Assembly (NCBI GenBank): GCA_038826135.1
Contig: JAWBON010000078.1
Coordinates: 1 to 5,331, forward strand
Length of the DNA: 5,331 nucleotides
Reading direction: 5' to 3'
From: Candidatus Odinarchaeota archaeon
GTDB lineage: Archaea > Asgardarchaeota > Odinarchaeia > Odinarchaeales > Odinarchaeaceae
Shown piece by piece: positions 1-5,305 of the stretch (within the stretch, counting starts at the first letter, position 1; every line of letters starts with the position of its first letter). The position numbers and the translations under genes are program-made. The notes below the pieces were generated by a model that was not told the DNA's origin, made no database searches, and saw only the letters and a list, made by a program, of their open reading frames with translations.

Positions 1-34
1 GTTTTTTTTAATTAATATTATTATTATCTGATTT

Positions 35-49
35 ATTTATAACTTTTTA
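35..49 (-). promoter_or_regulatory. Possible BRE + TATA for a gene lying left of the window
   Basis: The minus strand reads TAAAAAG-TTATAAAT in the AT-rich stretch after the dtdA stop. The downstream gene is outside the window and AT-richness makes a chance match plausible. Confidence 0.3.
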
Positions 50-66
50 GAATTGTCTCGGAGCCA

Positions 67-909
67 CTATAATAAGTTAGATAATAAGTCGCTTGTTTTT
101 ATAATATTTAATCCGAGCTCCCGGCTCCACTTAACTATTTCCCCGCGCGCCCTCCCTGGAACTCCTTTCCAGTCAATAATAACATTTTTGCAGACACCAA
201 GATTTGAATTAACAGTTTTAACGAAGACTTCTCTTTTAATATTATCTAATTTATATTTCGGTATAATATGTCCTATAGTGAAATCTTTTTCAAGAGTTAT
301 TTGAGTGAAGCTGGGAGCATAGTGCCCACCCCCAACTCCTATAGAAATTTCGCCGCTAATAAATTCCTTCGATAACACTTCTATTATTGCATGTGAAACT
401 ATATCTGCGGCTTCAATATCCTTCCACTGAGCAGGAGAGCCCCCTACTTCAACAAACATTGTAGGTTTCGGAAAAGTAGGACCGTGATGTGTGACTTCAT
501 AGCTAACCCTGTAGCCCTTTGAAAGTATAGTGTTTAATTCACACATTTTTTTAAGCGCTTTCTTCATACCTTGAGGGTTAGATATCGCTAGTGTTTCAGG
601 CTCCCCTCCGAAATCCGCTGTTGAAAAGTTTCCGGGGGGATGGGTGGTTAATACGGGTATCCCTGTTTGACTGGCATGTTTCGATGCGAAGATTATTGAA
701 TCCACCCGTCTGATAATATCCTGCATCTGAAAGTTTATTATATTCTCCCCGGTCTCCACCAAGTAAACTCTTCTACCGTTGATTAAACCCTCTTCAACAA
801 TTATCTCTTCATATTCTAGCCCAGATTTTTTAAATAATATTTTCTCTCTCAGCTTTGATGCTATATTTAACCCAGCAGGATCCTGGTTTGAATAAATTAC
901 TGCATCCAA
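67..909 (-). CDS. dtdA: D-aminoacyl-tRNA deacylase, archaeal DTD2/GEK1-type, 280 aa, TTG start
   Basis: Family motifs are present in the expected order: N-terminal YSxxDPAGLNI, SKH...LTTHPPGNF, EVTHHGPT, FVEVG and GVGGGHYAP. The TTG at 909-907 has an SD-like AGATGAT (921-915) 5 nt upstream. The TAG stop is at 69-67. Confidence 0.93.
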   Translation of the reverse strand: MDAVIYSNQDPAGLNIASKLREKILFKKSGLEYEEIIVEEGLINGRRVYLVETGENIINFQMQDIIRRVDSIIFASKHASQTGIPVLTTHPPGNFSTADFGGEPETLAISNPQGMKKALKKMCELNTILSKGYRVSYEVTHHGPTFPKPTMFVEVGGSPAQWKDIEAADIVSHAIIEVLSKEFISGEISIGVGGGHYAPSFTQITLEKDFTIGHIIPKYKLDNIKREVFVKTVNSNLGVCKNVIIDWKGVPGRARGEIVKWSRELGLNIIKTSDLLSNLL

Positions 910-922
910 TTATAATCATCTG

Positions 923-1828
923 TTAAACTATTAATCTCAGTATAGCTTTCTGAACGTGAAGCCTATTCTCAGCCTGATCCCATACAACCGAGTGGTTACC
1001 GTAAAATATCTCATCTGAAACCTCATATTGAGTTCTTGGTAGACAGTGCATAAAAATATAGTCAGGTGAAGCTTTACTCACTGTTTTATCAGTTATTTTA
1101 TATCCGCTGAAATCTTTCAATCTTTTAGCTGTCTCCTCCTCCTGCCCCATACTAACCCACACATCAGTGTATACTACCGTGGCCTCTTCAACCTCTTCAA
1201 GATCATTTGTTATAGTGATTTTAGCGTTGGATACCCTTGCATTGCTGTTAACTATGCTCTGAACCTCCGCAGGCGGTTCATACCCTCTCGGGCATATAAG
1301 ACTTGTTTTTAATCCTAGTATGCTTGAAGCTATGAGAAGAGAGTTTGCAACATTATTGCCGTCGCCTATAAAGACAATTTTCTGTTTTTGAAGGCTTCCC
1401 TTTTTCTCTATGATTGTCTGTAGGTCTCCTAGAATCTGACACGGGTGGTATAATTCAGTAAGCCCGTTGATCACAGGTATTGTCGAATTTTCAGCCATTT
1501 CTATAAGATCACTCTGTTTAAATAATCTGGCTACTAGACAGTTTAAATACCGGCTTAAAACTAGAGCCGTGTCTTTTAAACTCTCTTTTCTACTCAATTG
1601 GAGCTCGCTCCAATTCATATACACGCTGTGCCCTCCAAGCTGGTTAACAGCCACTTCAAAAGAGACTCTTGTTCTTGTTGAAGGCTTCTGAAATAACAAG
1701 CCTACTGTTTTACCTTCCAGGCTGTTATCAATTCTATATTTTTTTTCAATAGATGTTTCAATAATTTTAAGTATCTCATCCTTCGTGAAATCCTTTAAGG
1801 ACAGTAGATGTCTCCCTTTAAATTGCAT
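923..1828 (-). CDS. argF: Ornithine carbamoyltransferase, 301 aa
   Basis: Carbamoyl-phosphate-binding FQKPSTRTR, HPCQ, GDGNNVA, ornithine-binding YTDVWVSMG, HCLP and DQAENRLH are all present. SMG and HCLP distinguish it from aspartate carbamoyltransferase (HPLP). ATG at 1828 with GTGGGGA upstream. Confidence 0.95.
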   Translation of the reverse strand: MQFKGRHLLSLKDFTKDEILKIIETSIEKKYRIDNSLEGKTVGLLFQKPSTRTRVSFEVAVNQLGGHSVYMNWSELQLSRKESLKDTALVLSRYLNCLVARLFKQSDLIEMAENSTIPVINGLTELYHPCQILGDLQTIIEKKGSLQKQKIVFIGDGNNVANSLLIASSILGLKTSLICPRGYEPPAEVQSIVNSNARVSNAKITITNDLEEVEEATVVYTDVWVSMGQEEETAKRLKDFSGYKITDKTVSKASPDYIFMHCLPRTQYEVSDEIFYGNHSVVWDQAENRLHVQKAILRLIV

Positions 1829-1850
1829 ATTATCCCCACAAAAGTTATCT

Positions 1851-2759
1851 CTAATTAGGTATAATCATATCTATGAATTTGTTTGTATCAAACTCCTCTA
1901 AATCCTTGTATTCTCCACCCACTCCAATATACAATATCGGGCGCTTCGTTACATAAGATATTGAAAGCGCGGAGCCGCCTTTAACGTCAGCATCAACCTT
2001 TGTGAGAATAGAGCAGTCAATTCTCAGACTGTTATTAAACTCCTCAGCCTGTCTTAAAGCATCATTACCTGTAAGAGCGTCTCCTATAAAGATTTTAAGA
2101 TCCGGTTCAACAACCCTTATTATTTTTTTAACCTCTTCCATAAGATTCATATCCGTTTGAACTCTCCCAGCAGTATCTATTATAACAGCATCAATCTTTT
2201 TTGATTTAGCGTAATTAACAGCATCATAAGCCACTGCAGCCGCGTCTGAACCGTAACCCTGCTTTATAACTTTTATATTAAGTTTATCCGCATGCTGCTC
2301 TAATTGCTCAATACTGCCCGCTCTGAAAGTATCGCTTGCAGCGAAAACGCAACTTAAACCATTGTTTTTTAACATATAACCTATTTTAGCGCCTGTAAGA
2401 GTTTTGCCAACACCGTTAACGCCGACCAGCGCTATTATAAATGGTTTCTCTCTCTTACTCTTTATCTCATTGATTAAATCTATTTTATTGATTTTATTAA
2501 TTGATAAAACGTCTTCAACAGCTTTCCTTAAAGCGTTTTTAACAATTATTTTTACATCCTCTAATAACCCGATTTTCAATCCAATAAGTGCTTTCTTCAC
2601 ATCTTCCGCTATTTTATCAGCTACAGTCACTGAAACATCACTGCTAATCAACTGTAGTTTCAGTTCCCACAACGCTTCTTCAATTTTTCTCTCACTTATT
2701 GATTTGGTTGTTACTATTTCCACAAACTTTCTTAAGCCTTGTTTTATTTTATCTAACAT
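1851..2759 (-). CDS. ftsY: Signal recognition particle receptor FtsY (SRalpha homolog), NG domain without an acidic A domain, 302 aa
   Basis: SRP-GTPase motifs GVNGVGKT, DTFRAG, DTAGR, TKVD, KGG and GVG...DL. The amphipathic N-terminus MLDKIKQGLRKFVEIV is typical. It lies directly after pfdA, as in the conserved archaeal cluster. Confidence 0.96.
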   Translation of the reverse strand: MLDKIKQGLRKFVEIVTTKSISERKIEEALWELKLQLISSDVSVTVADKIAEDVKKALIGLKIGLLEDVKIIVKNALRKAVEDVLSINKINKIDLINEIKSKREKPFIIALVGVNGVGKTLTGAKIGYMLKNNGLSCVFAASDTFRAGSIEQLEQHADKLNIKVIKQGYGSDAAAVAYDAVNYAKSKKIDAVIIDTAGRVQTDMNLMEEVKKIIRVVEPDLKIFIGDALTGNDALRQAEEFNNSLRIDCSILTKVDADVKGGSALSISYVTKRPILYIGVGGEYKDLEEFDTNKFIDMIIPN

Positions 2760-2770
2760 TTCACAGGCAC

Positions 2771-3193
2771 CTATTTCTGCCTGGTTTGCAGGTATTGTTG
2801 TTCTAGTTTAGTTTTCACAGCGTTGAATCTCAGTCTTATCTGCTCCATTTGATTTTTTAGATTACTATATAATTTCTGAAATTCTGTTCTCCTTTTATTC
2901 AACTCTTCAAGCGCGTGTTCTACAGTAACCTCTGCAACTATATTCGCTCCAAGCCCCATCAGTATCTTATCGGTTTCAAGAAACTTAGCTTTTATAAAAG
3001 AGTTGGAGCCGATCGGTGAAAGAAACTCATCCTCGCCCTTCTTGTTTTTCAAAGCCTCTAAAGTATTCTTTGTAAGCTCCATTTCACTTATACTGTTTTG
3101 AACCAGTTCAAGCCTTCTCTCAAACTGTTCTAATTGGTTAGCGTATAATTCGTACTCTGACGCTGTTTTTCTAAGCTCTTCTTCTTCACTCAT
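2771..3193 (-). CDS. pfdA: Prefoldin subunit alpha, about 140 aa (start re-assigned from GTG 3202 to ATG 3193)
   Basis: Two long coiled-coil helices flank a beta-hairpin region (FLSPIGSNSFIKAK...ILMGLGANIVAEVTVEHAL). The GTG used by the ORF track is part of an AGGTG SD motif (3204-3200) that lies 6 nt before ATG 3193. Conserved position between eif6 and ftsY. Confidence 0.92.
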   Translation of the reverse strand: MSEEEELRKTASEYELYANQLEQFERRLELVQNSISEMELTKNTLEALKNKKGEDEFLSPIGSNSFIKAKFLETDKILMGLGANIVAEVTVEHALEELNKRRTEFQKLYSNLKNQMEQIRLRFNAVKTKLEQQYLQTRQK

Positions 3194-3227
3194 TTTATAC
3201 ACCTTTTTAATGGAAGCTGATTATTTT

Positions 3228-3241
3228 TTAACAAATGTTAA
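3228..3241. repeat. Inverted repeat TTAACA-AA-TGTTAA immediately after the eif6 stop
   Basis: Read directly from the sequence: perfect 6-bp arms with a 2-nt spacer in the eif6-pfdA gap. Confidence 0.6.
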
Positions 3242-3907
3242 CTATAAATTTAATGTTTCCTCAATCCTCATAAGCTCAGGGCCTGTTGTCTTACTGCCGA
3301 CAACAGCGCCGTTAGAGTTCGCGATTAAACCTGATCTAAGGTAATAATTTCCAGAGTTAGTTGTACCCGTGTTTACAGGTACTTTCAAAGCCTCCTGGTA
3401 GGTTTTAAGCTGTTCCTCACTAATATCCGGGCTTACCATCGCTCCCTTATTTGTAGCTATGCCAAGAGATCCAACTATCGGCTGGGAGCCTATTCTCCCT
3501 CTTATAACTTCCACTTTAAGCGTATCTCTTATAGCTTTTTCAGCCTCTTTTGTGAACTCAGGGTGGATTATAGAGCAGTTATCGTTACATAAAATATTGT
3601 TACCGAGACATGTTAGAAGCCCGGGTACAATCCCTATCTCTACGTCAAGTCTCTCCTTTAAAAGTTTTATTTCAGCTTCAGTAGTGAACTCTGGGAGAAT
3701 TAGACCATTAGAATTACCGTTTGCAAGTATCCCTACAAGAAAGCTTTGCCCAATATCCGTAGGTATAACTTCAACCTTTAACGCTTCACTAATCTTAGCT
3801 TTCAAGCTTTCCCCTACATCTTTTCTAATAATCACATATTTATCTGTTGCAAACGCGAAGATCCCTAAATGACTGGAGCCGAAAACTTCTAGGAGGATAA
3901 TGGGCAA
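3242..3907 (-). CDS. eif6: Translation initiation factor 6 (aIF6, ribosome anti-association factor), 221 aa, TTG start
   Basis: Pentein-type repeats GSSHLGIFA, LVGILANGNSNG, LGNNILCND, IVGSLGIATNKG and GLIANSNGAVVGSKTTGPEL. A GGAGGAG SD (3919-3913) inside the last rpl31e codons lies 5 nt before the TTG. Confidence 0.96.
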   Translation of the reverse strand: MPIILLEVFGSSHLGIFAFATDKYVIIRKDVGESLKAKISEALKVEVIPTDIGQSFLVGILANGNSNGLILPEFTTEAEIKLLKERLDVEIGIVPGLLTCLGNNILCNDNCSIIHPEFTKEAEKAIRDTLKVEVIRGRIGSQPIVGSLGIATNKGAMVSPDISEEQLKTYQEALKVPVNTGTTNSGNYYLRSGLIANSNGAVVGSKTTGPELMRIEETLNL

Positions 3908-3909
3908 AC

Positions 3910-4203
3910 CTACTCCTCCGCTAAGACAACTTCCACAACGCCTTCCCGATCCTTTAAAGCTTTAACTCTTATCTTATGTGGAGGTTTCTCAATACCCTTC
4001 ATCCAGATCTTCTCATTAACTTCAGGGTTTATCAGAACACTCTCAGTCTTCATATGTTTCGTGATAAATTCTCTGAGTATTTTGACCGCTTTATTACTTC
4101 TCCTATCCCGACGGGCTTTTTTAACATCTCTAAGTGATACTGTATAAACCCTCTCCTCAGTTATTTCCGTTCCAGCTACCTGCGGTTTACTTTCAGCTGA
4201 CAT
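3910..4203 (-). CDS. rpl31e: 50S ribosomal protein L31e (eL31), about 97 aa (start re-assigned from GTG 4212 to ATG 4203)
   Basis: EERVYTVSLR, RRSNKAVKILREFITKHMK and INPEVNEKIWMKGIEKPPHKIRV match eL31. An AGGTG SD (4214-4210) lies 6 nt before ATG 4203 and contains the GTG chosen by the ORF track. Confidence 0.96.
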   Translation of the reverse strand: MSAESKPQVAGTEITEERVYTVSLRDVKKARRDRRSNKAVKILREFITKHMKTESVLINPEVNEKIWMKGIEKPPHKIRVKALKDREGVVEVVLAEE

Positions 4204-4219
4204 ATCTAACACCTACCGT

Positions 4220-4375
4220 TCATGGTTGAATATTAGTTCTTCTCCAATTACGCCTCTTCGGCGTTCTTCTCACTTTACCATGTGTCTTAACTATAACCCA
4301 TGTTGGCACGCTACTATTCTCCACACTCGCATGCCCTAATCTTATTTTTTTCCCTAAAGGTTTATTCCGAGCCAT
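4220..4375 (-). CDS. rpl39e: 50S ribosomal protein L39e (eL39), 51 aa, not in the supplied ORF track
   Basis: Manual translation from ATG 4375-4373 to TGA 4222-4220 gives [51 protein letters not shown]. It has the eL39 signatures K-K-x-RL, VPxWVIVKT and RRxWRR, a GGTGTGG SD at 4388-4382, and the canonical position before rpl31e. Confidence 0.96.
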   Translation of the reverse strand: MARNKPLGKKIRLGHASVENSSVPTWVIVKTHGKVRRTPKRRNWRRTNIQP

Positions 4376-4391
4376 ACCAAACCACACCAGT

Positions 4392-4736
4392 TTATTTAAA
4401 TCGTATATTTATATCTCTTTTTTTAGCTTGAATTCTTGACAAGATCATCTTAAACTCTTCATCCGATATAGGAACCCTTATACCCGCTCTCGTTAACTGT
4501 CCTGTTTGAGCAAGGTTTATAAGTTGAAGCTCAATCTGCTCGGCTATCTGAGGTTTAACCATTTTAATATTTGTAAGCCTTGATCTAGCCTCAGGGCTAA
4601 GAATCTTCCTCAATACCTCCACCTTCTGCCGCTCATATTCAGCCTGCTCCTCCTCTTTCAGAGCAGCAGCCTCAGCCTGCTGCTGTAAACTGAGCAGCTT
4701 CCTCTTTCTAATAGTCTCAAGCTCCTCATCAGACAC
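4392..4736 (-). CDS. PDCD5/TFAR19-family double-stranded DNA-binding protein, 114 aa, GTG start
   Basis: [12 protein letters not shown]...[35 protein letters not shown] and [10 protein letters not shown] match the family, and the position after rps19e is canonical. A GGCGGGT SD-like motif (4750-4744) lies 7 nt before the GTG. Confidence 0.93.
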   Translation of the reverse strand: MSDEELETIRKRKLLSLQQQAEAAALKEEEQAEYERQKVEVLRKILSPEARSRLTNIKMVKPQIAEQIELQLINLAQTGQLTRAGIRVPISDEEFKMILSRIQAKKRDINIRFK

Positions 4737-4749
4737 TTCGCATACCCGC

Positions 4750-5205
4750 CTATTCTTTAGAAGGTGTTTTCTTGGAGGGTTTAGAGGTTTTCTTTAATAT
4801 TTCACCAGCTATTTTATCTATAAGTGAGCGTCCCTTATCTGTGAGTTTTCTTCCCACAGAGTTTTTTTCAATCAATCCCGCTTCCTCTAATTGTTTAAGC
4901 GCGTTTCTTATTATTGCACCACTACCCTTAGCGAATCTTTCAGGACTTTTACCCCTATGCTGTCGACCACCATAAGCTGTTCTAAGCCTTGAAACACCAA
5001 CCGGCCCATTTATATAGACTTTTCTAAGAAGCGACGCGCATCGTTTAAACCACCAGTCAGGTTCTTCAGGGGCCCGCTCTTTGGTAACCGCTGTTTTAAC
5101 ATATGGAGCCCAAGCTGGAGCCTTAATTTCTTTAAACTCTTCCTTAAGTTTTTTCGATAGCTCGTTTATAAGGCTGTCCACGGCTACATCATACACTGTA
5201 GGCAT
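4750..5205 (-). CDS. rps19e: 30S ribosomal protein S19e (eS19), 151 aa
   Basis: MPTVYDV, PAWAPYVKT, DWWFKRCASLLRKVY, GPVGVSRLRTAYGGR, KGSGAIIRNALKQLE and GRKLTDKGRSLIDKIA match eS19. A strong AGGTGGTG SD is at 5217-5210. Confidence 0.98.
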   Translation of the reverse strand: MPTVYDVAVDSLINELSKKLKEEFKEIKAPAWAPYVKTAVTKERAPEEPDWWFKRCASLLRKVYINGPVGVSRLRTAYGGRQHRGKSPERFAKGSGAIIRNALKQLEEAGLIEKNSVGRKLTDKGRSLIDKIAGEILKKTSKPSKKTPSKE

Positions 5206-5209
5206 TCAA

Positions 5210-5217
5210 CACCACCT
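5210..5217 (-). promoter_or_regulatory. Shine-Dalgarno site of rps19e (AGGTGGTG)
   Basis: The minus strand reads tttAGGTGGTGttgaATG, complementary to the archaeal 16S anti-SD. Similar AGGTG, GGAGG or GGTG motifs precede all other genes (4750-4744, 4388-4382, 4214-4210, 3919-3913, 3204-3200, 2772-2768, 1839-1833, 921-915). Confidence 0.8.
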
Positions 5218-5263
5218 AAATATTTAGACTTAATATTAGAGCATTAACATTATTGCAATGAAG

Positions 5264-5280
5264 CTTTTAAACGTTTTTTC
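5264..5280 (-). promoter_or_regulatory. Putative archaeal promoter (BRE + TATA), proximal, for the rps19e operon
   Basis: The minus strand reads GAAAAAACG-TTTAAAAG: a purine-rich BRE next to a TATA-like box about 60 nt upstream of the rps19e ATG. Motif match only. Confidence 0.5.
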
Positions 5281-5288
5281 TCAACCGC

Positions 5289-5305
5289 TTTTTAAAACCT
5301 TTCGG
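5289..5305 (-). promoter_or_regulatory. Putative archaeal promoter (BRE + TATA), distal
   Basis: The minus strand reads CCGAAAGG-TTTTAAAAA, close to the BRE (cRNAAnt) plus TATA consensus. It could instead be the 3' end of an upstream gene. Confidence 0.4.

Noticed and set aside
53-304. Plus-strand 83-aa ORF
   Set aside because: It lies almost entirely antisense to dtdA, has no motif or SD, and has a shadow-ORF composition.
876-885. 10-bp palindrome CAGGATCCTG
   Set aside because: It encodes the conserved QDPA residues of DtdA and is isolated, so it is compatible with chance.
830-919. Out-of-frame 29-codon ORF from ATG 919, raising the possibility of a frameshifted dtdA start
   Set aside because: The TTG frame already gives a canonical DtdA N-terminus (YSNQDPAGLNI), and the ATG is part of the SD-like AGATGAT.
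1467-1691. Plus-strand 74-aa ORF
   Set aside because: Antisense to the conserved core of argF, with no recognisable features.
2404-2811. Plus-strand 135-aa hydrophobic ORF resembling a membrane protein
   Set aside because: The Leu/Phe/Ser/Ile richness is the expected antisense mirror of Lys/Glu-rich codons in ftsY and pfdA.
3459-3872. Plus-strand 137-aa ORF
   Set aside because: Fully antisense to eif6, with the same shadow-ORF composition.
4204-4212. GTG start for rpl31e given by the ORF track (and likewise GTG 3202 for pfdA)
   Set aside because: In both cases the GTG is part of an AGGTG Shine-Dalgarno motif placed 6 nt before an in-frame ATG.
4729-4743. Out-of-frame mini-ORF ATG-CGA-AGT-GTC-TGA (MRSV*) overlapping the PDCD5 GTG start
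   Set aside because: The ATG directly abuts the SD-like motif, too close for initiation, whereas the GTG has a normal 7-nt spacing. There is no evidence for a regulatory uORF.
4772-4975. Plus-strand 67-aa ORF
   Set aside because: Antisense to rps19e, with no independent support.
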